A DNA stretch of 64,000 nt from Eledone cirrhosa (lineage: Eukaryota), in the NCBI GenBank assembly GCA_964016885.1, contig OZ024740.1:311674001-311738000 (forward strand), in the 5' to 3' direction. Under the pieces are notes generated by a model. The model was not told the DNA's origin. It was given only the letters and a program-made list of their open reading frames with translations, and did no database searches. Positions 13,485-29,007 of this stretch are shown piece after piece. Numbering within the stretch: position 1 is the first letter of the stretch; each line of letters opens with the position of its first letter. Both the position numbers and the translations under genes were made by a program.

Positions 13485-13781
13485 GCTGGCACTCCGTCGG
13501 TTATGACAAGTGTTCTAGTTGATACGTTCAACAGAACAGCCTGCTCATGAAATTAAAGTGAACGTGGTTGATCATTCCACAGACACGCGTATCCTTAAAG
13601 TAGTTCTCACGGAGATTCAGCGTAACACAGAATACAACAAGCCTGGCCCTTCAAATTACAGGTATAACTCATTTTTGCCAGCTGAGTGAACTGGAGCAAC
13701 ATGAAATATAGTGTCTTACTCAAGGATACAACACACCACTGGAAATCGAACTCACGACCTTACGATCGTGAGCCGACTTAC
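13485..13781 (-). mobile_element. tRNA-derived SINE (second family)
   Basis: Minus strand has a GTGAGTTCGATTTCC B box and TCCTTGAGTAAGACACT core. Its head is cut by the hAT insertion. Confidence 0.65.
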
Positions 13782-13949
13782 AGCTACACCAGAGGTTCTC
13801 AAACTTTTGGGACCACCCCTCACGGCTACGTAATACCCTCAGCGCCCCACCCCAAAAATCCTTATTTCCAGAGACCTGCCTCATACGCAAATTGTAAATA
13901 ATATGTAATAAATAAAATCGTTAATTTATATATAATAGATAATATAACA

Positions 13950-14900
13950 GAGCTCTGGTTAGATACCATTAATAACAAAAAACAAATCCTCCATTCCCAT
14001 TATGCCAAACCCATGACTTCCAAATATCTGATCCACCGAAACTCAGCTGTTTCGGATCACACCAAAATCAACATACTGATTGCGGATTTAGTACGGGTGA
14101 TGAGAAACGTGTCCCGCATGTGCAACCCCAAAGAACTAGAGAGACACATACAACACTTCATCCACCGTATGCAGTTCTCTGGTTACAATCAGAGAGATAA
14201 AATCAGAGTATATAGAGGAGCCAGAACCAAATGGGAAAAAATGGTAAATAATGATACACATGGGACTTCCTCCTTGTATAGGAGCAAATTTTGGAATAGA
14301 ATAGAAAGAACTAGGAATAAGGTTAATAGAATAAACTCATGGTATGATAGCAATAAATACCAGAGTGTAATGTTCATCAATACAACCCCTAGAGGTGAAT
14401 TAGCTTACAAATTTAGAAGGGCCCTAGATAAACTTAAACTAAATATTAAGATAGTAGAAAGACCAGGTACCTCCATAAAAACACTTATTAGTAATACATA
14501 CCCTTTTCAAAGACCTCCCTGTATAGATAAGAAATGCATAATCTGTAAACTAAACCCCCATATTAACTGTAAAACTAGAAACATAGTATATAGCATAAGA
14601 TGTACTGAAGGACAATGTAAAGATAAGAATATAGTGTACATAGGTGAGACAGCTCGTAGTATAGGTGAATGATTAAATGAACACCGGCGAGAGCTTCAAG
14701 ATAGAAAAGATTCATCAGTACTCCACCAACATGCTAAAATAGAACATAAGGGAAAATTAGAGAACATAGAAATAAAAATAAAATCTACAAACAGAAAAGA
14801 CGCAATGTTTAGACAAACCACAGAGGCAATAAACATAAATGAACTCCAACCAAAATTAAATAGAAAACATGAATGGAACAGCAACATCACAACTTACAAT
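13950..14900 (+). pseudogene. 5'-truncated Penelope-like element, Naiad-like (RT thumb, Cys linker, GIY-YIG)
   Basis: YAKPMTSKYLIHRNSA, CIDKKCIIC, IVYSIRC...YIGETARSIGE*LNEH, continuing in frame past TGA to EAINI...PKLNRKHEW. Confidence 0.85.
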
Positions 14901-15101
14901 TAAGGACAAAATGAAAACACACACACATAGAACAAACAACCAACCAGTAGCATGTAAATAAACAAATAAATAAACAAATAAAAACACACACACAGACGCC
15001 CGGATGTAACACATGCGCAAACTAAGCACACAGCACACACAAAAATAAGATGGCGTAGGACAGAACAAGGGAGAGGCACAAAACAAAGAGAAGAATCCCC
15101 A

Positions 15102-15144
15102 GTCACTGAAGAGGTCACAGAATGTGTGACGAAAGAACTTTGAC
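15102..15144 (+). ncRNA. Minimal hammerhead motif in the PLE 3' region
   Basis: GTCA-CTGAAGA-GGTCACA gaatg TGTGAC-GAAA-GAAC-TT-TGAC. Confidence 0.7.
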
Positions 15145-15759
15145 AATATATGAACAACCGTCCGGTTGTGGAACCAACCAACCAACCGGAAATTTATAAA
15201 TTCTTAAATTTATAAATTTAATTTATAATAAATTGGAGTGAAAGCAACTGGTGCGTGTGTTTCTTACTGGCAACATGACCCTCCCAAAGTATAACAAGAT
15301 AATATAATATATACTATGTATAAATAAATATACATTTTTTATTTTACTATATTTATATATAACATGTGTCATTTGATATTTAATATACTATTATATCTCG
15401 ACAGACCCTCCCTACTGACCCCATAGACATCAGCGCCCCCTGGTCTTTCTCAATGCCCCCATGGGGTGTGGTAGTGCCTACTCTGAGAACCTCTGAGCTA
15501 CACTAACATATCTCTCTCTCAACATACCATAACACTTGTTCTCTATCACACAACACCTCGGCTTTCTTTCTCACTAGTTATGTCTGGTCTGAGTCTGTTT
15601 TCTTATTTACTGTCAGTTTTACGTCTGCAAGTATTACATAATCAGTACCTTGTCTTGAGACTCAGCACTACGTGAGGAACGGAATATGAACGAAGACAGA
15701 AAGAGACCTCTTAGAAGACGATGACACTTTACTAATACATACATACATACACACATATA

Positions 15760-15795
<36 letters not shown>

Positions 15796-15855
15796 TATAT
15801 GTATAACTGTAAAACTGCCTCCTGTGTTTTGTTTGTTCATTTTCAACTATGTATA

Positions 15856-15944
<89 letters not shown>

Positions 15945-16325
15945 TCATGTATATACACAATCACACACATATGTATATGTTGCCTCCCCAATGAAATCCC
16001 CACTACACCACCGCAGTACACCACACACACAAAAAAAGAAAACTAAGCTTGGCTGCTTTGCCATATCTGTTCCATCATTTCGTTGATGATAAACAAACAA
16101 ACAAACCAACAAACAAATAAACAAATAATAAATAAATAAATAAATAAATAAGATATATTGAAACTAGCCATAAACACTTATTTGTTCCATCGTTCCGATT
16201 TTTCTTTCTTCATTTATGATGTTGTTTACTTTCTGAAGGAGGAAAATGGTTAAAATTTGAAACGAATAAAATGAATAAAGTAAAATTAAAATTTCAAGAA
16301 AACTAATCAAAATAATTCTGAGATA

Positions 16326-16410
<85 letters not shown>

Positions 16411-16467
16411 TTACATGTATATGTATTTATAAATAATATATAATAAAATATGATACATGCACATATA

Positions 16468-16538
16468 CAGAGTATCCCACAAAATGTACACCCACTTCAA
16501 CAGCATTCTAATCAAAATATGTATACATTTTGGGGGAC

Positions 16539-16543
<5 letters not shown>
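16468..16543. mobile_element. Tc1/mariner-type MITE (related pieces at 29575-29625 and 30815-30882)
   Basis: TA|CAGAGTATCCCACAAAATGTA ... TACATTTTGGGGGACACCTT|TA imperfect TIRs. Confidence 0.6.
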
Positions 16544-16622
<79 letters not shown>

Positions 16623-16625
<3 letters not shown>

Positions 16626-16814
16626 CGGAGGAAATGTGGTAAGGAACCAGGTGGACCATAACGCACCAAAGTACTCAATACTTAGGGTAGTAGAGTGGGT
16701 AATAGGAACGAGTAGGACCCCGACGGCTGAGCTCAAGCCGTTTCGACGGCTAATTCTGGACTCAGAATTAGCCGTCGAAACGGCTTGAGCTCAGCCGTCG
16801 GGGTCCTACTCGTT

Positions 16815-16818
<4 letters not shown>
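16623..16818 (-). mobile_element. Fold-back pseudo-LTR fragment (family also at 29240-29371 and 57991-58950)
   Basis: Perfect ~55-bp hairpin arms around GACT, bounded by (TA)n. Contains the 3' half of an HHR (GAAACGGCT...AGCCGTC). Confidence 0.75.
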
Positions 16819-16852
<34 letters not shown>

Positions 16853-16966
16853 TTTATTAATATTTTGAATAATATTAAATACTCCAGGAAAATCTTTTGT
16901 CGAGTGCTTCTAATCTATTGTAAAATTGTATTCGTTGAATAATCAACGAGCCATATTAATCTTTGG

Positions 16967-17046
<80 letters not shown>

Positions 17047-17087
17047 GTATATATATATATGTGTATATATATATATGTGTATATATA

Positions 17088-17162
<75 letters not shown>

Positions 17163-17190
17163 ATGTATATATGTATATATATATATATAT

Positions 17191-17793
17191 AGGTCACCAG
17201 TTGGTGCTACTGGTAACATGTATCCCAGTACAACCTGTCCCATGGTCGGGTCGTTGGCGACTAAACTGGCAACCCCACCAAGGTTTCTTGGTGAGGAGGG
17301 TGACTTTGGACATCCTGCAGGACTAAAAACAAAACCTGTCAAAGGGCAAAGGAGCTCTTAAGAGTCAATGGCCATCCAAAATCACCGGGAGAGATGACCC
17401 CTTAGCCTTTGTCAAGGCAGAATTCTAGGAGAAGGAAAACTCTGATATAACACCTGCAACCCTGATGGTATCCAATGATGTTGACTTGTTCTTCTTTTTG
17501 GTAAATATCATCTTGGTTAAGAGAGTGGGACTGGCTTTGTGCAGTGCCTTTGCTCACTATAAAAGCTTCACGGCACAGGCATTGCTTTATATCTGGAGAT
17601 CTCTCTGCACTTGTCGTCACATGGTACCATGGGCCCAGCACTATGTGTCAGTAATTGTCACAAGTGTAGTGTTTGTACCAGAGTTTTCAAGTCGCTGGCT
17701 GGACTAAAAAGTCATACTCGTTCAGCGCATCGGTAGGGGTTCTCCTACATGGATATAAAGTAGTGGCCGTACTCGAAAACGAGTTGGCAGCCA

Positions 17794-17797
<4 letters not shown>
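17191..17797 (+). mobile_element. ~605-bp non-coding interspersed element (second copy 38478-39085, minus strand)
   Basis: Two highly similar copies with the same ends, both embedded in TA/TACA microsatellites. Confidence 0.8.
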
Positions 17798-17833
<36 letters not shown>

Positions 17834-18574
17834 GTACTCACATATGCATACGCACACACATATATATATACATACATACATATATATATATACTCAACAC
17901 GCAGACATGTAATTATATATATATGTCTATGTATGTATAAATAAACAAACGTTAGTTTTGTTTGCAGGAAGGAACTGGTAAATAGATAAGCCAGTAGTTA
18001 TAAACAACTTACCAGATAACACTTTTCTCAATCTTCACCTGGACAACTGTTGTTTATACAACACAGCTTTTCTTTTAATCTTTCCTATACTTTATTTTTA
18101 AATGTTTGCTATGCCGTTTAACTACCTTTTGAAAAAAATATTTTGGTTTGAAATAACTAAAGAAATATACGTACCTTATTTTCCCTATTATCAGACAGGT
18201 CTTACATTAATTTCCTTATAAAAAAAAAAGGGCACAAGGGCTTATTTTCGCGGGTGGAGTTTATATTTTTATACAAAAAAAAAAAAATGATAATAATGAA
18301 AAAAAAAAAAAAATAAATAAAATGACAGCTCAAGAGTTTTGATAAAAGTATCATTATATCGATGTCAAAAATAAAGGATATCAGACCTGTCAACTCTCCC
18401 CGTCGGACAATTAGATCTATCACCCACTTTGCGGTGGTTGAGAGATTTTCTTGTGAAAATGGGTATAGCTTTCATTATGTAAAATCTGCCCATTTTGCCT
18501 CATTTCTCCTCGTTTTGGGGCACATTTTTTCATATATATACTCCCCGTTTGGGTTTTTAGAGGTTAGCAGGTTT

Positions 18575-18631
<57 letters not shown>

Positions 18632-18682
18632 TAATAAAAATAATGAATAAAAACAAAGAAACAGTTCCTTATATTAAAAAAT

Positions 18683-18820
18683 TCATCATTTTACGATCGT
18701 TTCTAGGATATATATGTTTGTGTTGGTATGTATATCATATAGATCTATGTAAAATGTTTACAAACTATCAGAGGGAATATACATACCTACACATATATAT
18801 GCTGTCTTCAGAAATAATGA
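18683..18820 (-). ncRNA. Hammerhead motif with ~100-nt stem II (mirror copy 20613-20750 on + has CTGAAGT)
   Basis: TCATTATTT-CTGAAGA-[long hairpin incl. GGTATGTATAT/ATATACATACC]-GAAAC-GATC-GTA-AAATGATGA. Confidence 0.75.
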
Positions 18821-19311
18821 TATTTGTTTATTGAAAAAAACCAACAAAGATTTAATATAATAGGTCTGTTTGGGAACAGGTTTTGAATTGACCAATAGAA
18901 AGGTAGTAAATGGTCAAGATGGTAAAATAGTAGTAATAGAACTTTAATTTAGGGGTAGAGGAAGGCAGATTTCAGTTTTGAATGGAAAGAGTATGATGAA
19001 TGAAAAAATTATTTTAGGGATGCAAATAGGTCAAGCCGGTAAAAGGTACACGAAAAATTGATGTTATAAAAGAATAATGCCAATGTAAATATCTAAGGAG
19101 AATAAAATTTTATGATAAATGTGTTAGTGAAAAATATCAATCTTATTTAAAATATAGGGAGTTTACATCTATAAAAAGAAAATAAATTAATTAAATTGAT
19201 AGGTATATTTATATTGATAAATTTATATTAATTCATATAGATATGATAAATAAGAGTTAGATGTAGGCACTTAATATAAGTGCCTATAATGCATATAAAT
19301 GTAAAAAAACC

Positions 19312-19878
19312 ATGAATATACCACCAATACATCAAACTAACCATAATACTAAAATAAACCACAGCAAACCACCATCTCATTCACATACAACAAGTCGTGA
19401 AAATTCCACACCTAATTTGACTATCTCCTCTGATACAGCATTCACGAAAGGTTGTAACTGTAGAAACAAAGCAAATTGCCCATTAAAAGGAAATTGCCTT
19501 ATTAATAACATAGTATATAAATGTAAAGTTAATACTAAGGACTCAATTTATTCATATATAAGAGCTACTTCTAACCAATTTAAAGTAAGATTTAATACCC
19601 ACAAACACAGTTTGAAAAATGCCGCATTAGCTAATACAACATCTTTAGCTGAAATAATTAATAATTATAGAAATAGGAATATAGATTATGACCTGACCTG
19701 GAGTGTGCTCAAAAGGGCCACCCCTTATCAAAATAATAGATATGAATGTAGATTATGTTCCCAGGAACTTTTTGAAATAATGAAATCTAAGGATATCCTA
19801 TTAAATAAGCGACAGGAATTAATTATATCATGTAATCATAAACTGAGAAGAACTTTTAAATACTATAAACCTAATTAA
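19312..19878 (+). CDS. PLE GIY-YIG endonuclease domain (truncated ORF)
   Basis: CNCRNKANCPLKGNC, IVYKC..YIRAT, RFNTH, CRLC, LNKRQE. The YIG motif is mutated to YIR. Confidence 0.85.
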   Translation: MNIPPIHQTNHNTKINHSKPPSHSHTTSRENSTPNLTISSDTAFTKGCNCRNKANCPLKGNCLINNIVYKCKVNTKDSIYSYIRATSNQFKVRFNTHKHSLKNAALANTTSLAEIINNYRNRNIDYDLTWSVLKRATPYQNNRYECRLCSQELFEIMKSKDILLNKRQELIISCNHKLRRTFKYYKPN

Positions 19879-20935
19879 TATACACTTCAGAAATTATTAT
19901 AATAACACATTTTTTTAAATTAGTTAACCTATAATTAATATTCTAATACTAATGAACTGCATAATTTTATTTCCCTTTTACAGATATCTTTTCCTAAAAT
20001 TTATACCATTAAGTATACATATAAACTATTTTAATTTCAGGTTATGATTCAATGTTCCTTATAATCTATATAAATTTGTTATTTCTCACTAATAAATTTA
20101 ACCCCCCCCCCCAATAATAATAATAATTTTTTTTATTTTCCCTTCGTTTTTAACAGCACTCTTCAATTACATCTAACTCTTATTTATCATATCTATATGA
20201 ATTAATATAAATTTATCAATATAAATATACCTATCAATTTAATTAATTTATTTTCTTTTTATAGATGTAAACTCCCTATATTTTAAATAAGATTGATATT
20301 TTTCACTAACACATTTATCGTAAAATTTTATTCTCCATAGATATTTACATTGGCATTATTCTTTTATAACATCAATTTTTCGTGTACCTTTTACCGGCTT
20401 GACCTATTTGCATCCCTAAAATAATTTTTTCATTCATCATACTCTTTCCATTCAAAACTGAAATCTGCCTTCCTCTACCCCTAAATTAAAGTTCTATTAC
20501 TACTATTTTACCATCTTGACCATTTACTACCTTTCTATTGGTCAATTCAAAACCTGTTCCCAAACAGACCTATTATATTAAATCTTTGTTGGTTTTTTTC
20601 AATAAACAAATATCATTATTTCTGAAGTCAGCATATATATGTGTAGGTATGTATATTCCCTCTGATAGTTTGTAAACATTTTACATAGATCTATATGATA
20701 TACATACCAACACAAACATATATATCCTAGAAACGATCGTAAAATGATGAATTTTTTAATATAAGGAACTGTTTCTTTGTTTTTATTCATTATTTTTTAT
20801 TAATTTATCTTGACTCTGCTTTCCTGTATTTTTCATCTGAAAAAAAATTTTTGAATACATCTTCTCTTTTCATGATATTCGGATTACATTGAGTTCTTCA
20901 TACGGATTGGACACTACCGTACATTTTGGTAGATT

Positions 20936-21582
<647 letters not shown>

Positions 21583-21907
21583 TATAGAGTTAAAAACAAT
21601 ATCTTTAAAATAATTTATATTAATAATCAACAAGAGTCTGGAAATCTAAGTTTCATATTAATTTATCTCGCAAAAATACGCTAGGGTTTATCTACGGTGT
21701 AAGGCTTAGATGAATAGCAACATAAACAATACGCTAGGGTTTATCTACGGTGTAGGACTTATATTGGACAGCAATATGCGAGGGTTTATTTTTGGAATTG
21801 TGTTGTATAATATAGGGAAACATCGTATCACAATAATTAGTATACAGAAGTAAATTGTGTCGGTGTATAAAAAGAATGATCTCCACTCCTATAACGATGA
21901 ACGACTT

Positions 21908-21975
21908 CATGTGTGTGAGTGTGTGAGTGTATGAGTGTGTGTGTGTGTGAGTGAGTGAGTGTATGAGTATGTGTT

Positions 21976-22021
<46 letters not shown>

Positions 22022-22745
22022 TGAGTGTATGGGTATGTGTGTGTATGTGTGTGTGCGAGTGTATGAGTATGTGTGTATGTGTGTGTGTGAGTGTATGAGT
22101 ATGTGAGTATATGTATGTGTGTGTGTGAGTGTATGAGTATGTGAGTATGTGTATGTGTGTGTGTGTGTGTGTGTGAGTGTATGCGTATGTGACTATATGT
22201 ATGTGTGTGTGTGTGTGTGTGAGTGTATGAGTATGTGTGTGTGTGTGTGTGTGTGTGAGTGTATGAGTATGTATGTGTGTATGTGTGTGAGTGTGTGTGA
22301 GTGTATGAGTATGTGAGTATATGTATGTGTGTGTGTGTGTGTGTGTGAGTGTATGAGTATGTGAGTATGTGTATGTGTGTGAGTGTATGAGTATGTGTGT
22401 GTGTGTGTGAGTGTATGAGTGTGTGTGTGTGTGTGTGTGTGTGAGTGTATGAGTATGTGTGTGTGTATGTGTGTGTGTGTGTGAGTGTATGAGTATGTGA
22501 GTATATGTATGTGTGTGTGTGTGTGTGTGTATGAGTATGTGAGTATGTGTATGTGTGTGTGTGTGAGTGTATGAGTATGCGAGTATGTGTATGTGTGTGT
22601 GTGTGAGTGTATGAGTATGTGACTATATGTATGTGTGTGTGTGTGAGTGTATGAGTATGTGTGTGTGTGAGTGTATGAGTATGTGAGTATATGTATGTGT
22701 GTGTGTGAGTGTATGAGTATGTGAGTATGTGTGTGTGTGAGTGTA

Positions 22746-22776
<31 letters not shown>

Positions 22777-22781
22777 GTGTG

Positions 22782-22839
<58 letters not shown>

Positions 22840-22864
22840 TGTGTGTGTGTGTGTGTGAGTGTAT

Positions 22865-22905
<41 letters not shown>

Positions 22906-22909
22906 TGTA

Positions 22910-22940
<31 letters not shown>

Positions 22941-22945
22941 GTGTG

Positions 22946-23001
<56 letters not shown>

Positions 23002-23026
23002 TGTGTGTGTGTGTGTGTGAGTGTAT

Positions 23027-23067
<41 letters not shown>

Positions 23068-23110
23068 TGTGAGTGTGAGTGTGAGTGTGTGTGTGTGTGT
23101 GTGAGTGTAT

Positions 23111-23161
<51 letters not shown>

Positions 23162-23166
23162 TGTAT

Positions 23167-23207
<41 letters not shown>
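21908..23207. repeat. (GT)n-derived compound array
   Basis: Direct reading. Confidence 0.95.
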
Positions 23208-23208
<1 letters not shown>

Positions 23209-23749
23209 AATATAGTCCTCAGCGAGACGAAGAAAAGATTGGTATGTCTACAGAAGATAGATAAGATCTGTATGTTATGTCTGCGTTGGTTGTTTTTTCG
23301 GTTTGTTTACCAACATGCCTGTCATCTGGTTGTCTGTTCGATCAGTGTTGGTCTGGGGCTTACACAGCAGCAGCAGCAGCAGCAGCAGCAGCAATAACAA
23401 CAACAGGCCACAAGCAAGAAACCGACTAGCACAGTTACTGAAGCATAGAACAGTTAGCACCACCACCACCACCACCATCACCATTCTACTGTTACCATCA
23501 CTTTCAATATTACCATAACTACCATCTTCAACTACTACCGATACAAACATCTTCTCTAAACACCGCCACCACCACCACCACCACTAGCAACACCGCCACT
23601 ATCAGATACCTACCCCCCCCCACTATTGTCATTGTCGCCGCCTCCAACGCCACCCTCACACCTCCTCCACTCCCACCCTCACCCCTACTATCAATAACTC
23701 CAACATCAACTCCACGCATACCTTCACAATCTCCACCTCAATCACTATT

Positions 23750-26690
23750 GCCGCTGCCGTCACCATCACCACCACCACCACCACCACCATCACCACCAAC
23801 ACGACCACCACCACCACCACTACCACTACCACGACGACGACCAACACCACCACTATCAGCAGCAGCAGTAGCAGCAGCAGCACCACCACCACCACCACGA
23901 CGACGACGACGACGACCACCACCACCATCAGCACCACCACCACCACCACAACCACTACGACAACCGCAACGACGACGACGACGACGACCACCACCACCAC
24001 CACCACCACCACCAACAACAACACGACCACCACGACGACGACGACGACGACGACGACCACCACCACCACCACCACCAACACGACCACCACCACCACCACC
24101 ACCTACACGACCACCACCACCACCACCACCACCACGACCACGACGACGACGACGACGACGACCACCACCACCACCATCAGCACCACCACCAGCATCACCA
24201 CGACGACGACGACGACGACCACCACCACCACCACCACCACCACCACCACCACCACCATCAGCACCACCACCAGCATCACCACGACGACGACGACGACCAC
24301 CACCACCACCACCACCATCAGCACCACCACCAGCATCACCACGACGACGACGACAACGACCACCACCACCACCACCACCATCAGCACCACCACCAGCATC
24401 ACCACGACGACGACGACCACCACCACCACCACCACCATCAGCACCACCACCAGCATCACCACGACGACGACGACAACGACCACCACCACCACCACCACCA
24501 CCACCACCATCAGCACCACCACCAGCACCACCACCACTACGACGACCGCGACGACGACCACCACCACCACTACTACCACCACTATCGTTCAACAACACGT
24601 CTACTTTAATAATCGACGTCCACCCCCTCCCATATCCTTGACAACAACAACACTAACAGTAATATACCTCTGTGTGGTCACTCGACCTGCTAGAAATAGT
24701 AGTCAATTCTACCTCAATCACACCTCACGGTCCTAAATACACATAAAACGACGGAGTGGTCACAGCTTCAACGCCTTCGATTAGGTCTGCTTTGCTCTAT
24801 CAGGGTTGACTTTGGGCTAAACAATCAATTGATCGATCAATGGATCAGTCAATATTATCAATTTAACTATTCTCAATATTTATGACTAATAAATATCTCA
24901 ATCATCTCCACAATACCGAAACCAAAACAACCCCCATTCTTTCACCAATACCACCACCACCATCACTACCACCACCACCATCACCACCACCATCACCACA
25001 ACCACCACCACCATCACCATCACCACCACCACCAACACCATCCGCACACCACCACCAGCAGCACCACCACCAACACCACCATCAACACCACCACTATCAC
25101 CACAACCACCACCACCACCACAAACACCACCACTAACACCACCACCACCACCATCACTACCACCACCACCATCACTACCACCACCACCGTCACCACCACC
25201 ATCACCACCACCACCAACACCATCCGCACACCACCACCACCACCACCACCACCACCACCACAAACACCACCAACACCATCACCACCACCACTACCACTAA
25301 CACCACCACCACCACCATCACCATCAACACCATCACCACCATTATCACTGCCACCAACACCACCACTAACACCCCCCATAAACACCACCACCGCTACCAC
25401 CACCACCACCACCACCACCACCATCAACACCAACACCATCACCACCACCACCACTACCACCACAGCGACCCCCCCCCAACCTCTACTACTACAGCGATAC
25501 CCCCCCCCTACACCATCACCACAACCACTACCACCACAGCCTATTCCCATCAACCCCCCCCCAACCACTACCACCACAGCGATACCCCCTTCCCCCCACC
25601 ACAGTGAATTCCCACCCCCACCACCACCACAACCACTCCATAACGAAATCCTACCGATTGCCACTACCCTATCCATACCACTAAAACTCCCATCACTGTA
25701 ACTTACCTCTATTCCTACCACCGCCGCCGCCACCACCACCACCACCACTACCATCATAACCATCACAACCACCTCCACCATTATCACCATCACAACCACC
25801 ACCACCACCTTCACCATTATCTCCACCACTACCACCACCACCACCTTCACCATTATCTCCACCACTACCACCACCACCACCACCTCCACCATTATCACCA
25901 TCACAACCACCACCACCACCTTCACCATTATCTCCACCACTACCACCACCTCCACCATTATCACCATCACAACCACCACCACCACCACCTTCACCATTAT
26001 CTCCACCACTACCACCACCACCACCTCCACCATTATCTCCACCATCACAACCACCACCACCACCACCACCTCCACCATTATCTCCACCATCACAACCACC
26101 ACCACCACCTTCACCATTATCTCCACCACCACCACCACCACCACCTCCACCATTATCACCATCACAACCACCACCACCACCACCTTCACCATTATCACCA
26201 TCACAACCACCACCACCACCACCTTCACCATTATCTCCACCACTACCACCACCACCACCACCACCTCCACCATTATCTCCACCATCACAACCACCACCAC
26301 CACCACGACCTTCACCATTATCTCCATCACAACCACCACCACCACCTTCACCATTATCTCCACCACCACCACCACCTCCACCATTATCTCCACCATCACC
26401 ACCACCACCACCACCTTCACCATTATCTCCACCACCACCACCACCACCTCCACCATTATCCCCCCCCCCCCCCCACCACCACCACCATTATCACCATCAC
26501 AACCACCACCACCACCACCTTCACCATTATCTCCACCACTACCACCACCACCTCCACCATTATCACCACCACCACCACCACCACCACCACCACCACCACC
26601 ACCATCATCACAACCATCACAACCATCACCGCCACCACCGCTACCCCAACCACCTCCACCATCATAACCACCACCACTACTACAACTCCA
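23750..26690. repeat. (ACC)n/(ACG)n compound arrays with ~30-40-bp higher-order units; SINE tail at 24655-24825
   Basis: Direct reading. Confidence 0.9.
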
Positions 26691-26995
26691 ACTTCTAGTG
26701 GGAAAACGTTACTGCAAGTAGACGCCATCCTTATAGCAAGATGTTTCTACTGAACATCGACATCACCAATGACCACCAAATGAGAATTAATTCATCTAAC
26801 ATTAATGCAACACCTGAACAACTCTGCCTGGCAGTTCAACCCAACGCCGACTATCTATACAGTAAGTTACATCTGTTTTTTCACACTTAGCAGAACACTA
26901 CACGACACTCACAAACACACACACAAACACACACAAACACACACAGAAAAACACGCACACACACGCACACACGCACACAAACACACATATACATA

Positions 26996-27037
<42 letters not shown>

Positions 27038-27045
27038 ATAACCCT

Positions 27046-27089
27046 CAGGAATCTGATGATTTCTAAAGAATGAAACAGTTCTAGTCCTG
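27046..27089 (+). ncRNA. Hammerhead-like motif (family also at ~32730, 33748, 33945, 36735, 36940)
   Basis: CAG gaat CTGATGA-TTTC taaa GAAT-GAAAC agttcta GTC-CTG. Stem I requires a bulge. Confidence 0.45.
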
Positions 27090-27330
27090 TAGAATCTCAT
27101 CTATATTAAAACTTTTATACTCTGCAATGTATTGAATACCTTACTTACTGTGGTTACCTCCGATTCAACCCGGAATAACGTATATATATATGTATATATA
27201 TATATACATATATATTATGTGTGTGTGTGTGTGTGTGTGTGTGTATCTGTATTTATATATATGTTTGTGTATTTTCATTTATATGAATATATATATATAT
27301 ATATATTCATATAAATGAAAATACACAAAC

Positions 27331-27409
<79 letters not shown>

Positions 27410-27516
27410 TATAAATGAAAATACACAAACATATATATATAAATACAGATACACACACACACACACACATAATATATATGTATATATATATACATATATA
27501 TATACGTTATTCCGGG

Positions 27517-27575
<59 letters not shown>

Positions 27576-27617
27576 TTCAAAATATTAATAAATAAAAAAA
27601 TATTCTCATAATCAAAA

Positions 27618-27680
27618 TATATATTATACACATTTCAAAGGTACAACGGTGTTTAAGTACGTTTTCATCAGACAAAATAT
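27618..27680 (-). ncRNA. Hammerhead motif, degenerate copy of the 21341 family
   Basis: Minus strand: TATTTTGT-CTGATGA-AAACGTAC...GTACCTTT-GAAA-TGTGTATA. Confidence 0.55.
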
Positions 27681-27798
27681 AAGATTAAATATAAGATTTG
27701 ATATGCGACATACCGCTACGGTTTTGATTATTCAATTCCAGTATTGGCAGTATATATCAGCTGTATATATATATAGTTGTCTTCAAATTTATTATTAT

Positions 27799-29007
<1,209 letters not shown>

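Larger units (their letters stand above)
13790..15495. mobile_element. Non-autonomous hAT element carrying a nested PLE
   Basis: TIR CAGAGGTTCTCA/TGAGAACCTCTG and a perfect 8-bp TSD AGCTACAC (13782-13789, 15496-15503). Confidence 0.9.

Noticed and set aside
14670-14672. In-frame TGA in the Naiad-like PLE as possible selenocysteine
   Set aside because: It falls at the conserved GIY-YIG arginine (..GE-R-L.EH), so CGA>TGA decay is simpler. I recognised no SECIS.
18628-20806. Long TIRs suggesting a DNA transposon
   Set aside because: The internal ORF is a PLE GIY-YIG and one arm has an extra tail, which fits an inverted pseudo-LTR.
23748-26456. Pro/Arg-, Gly- and Val-rich long ORFs
   Set aside because: These are trinucleotide arrays open in several frames on both strands.
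25760-26560. Regular repeats as a CRISPR-like array
   Set aside because: The spacers are (ACC)n, not unique sequences, and the context is eukaryotic with no cas genes.
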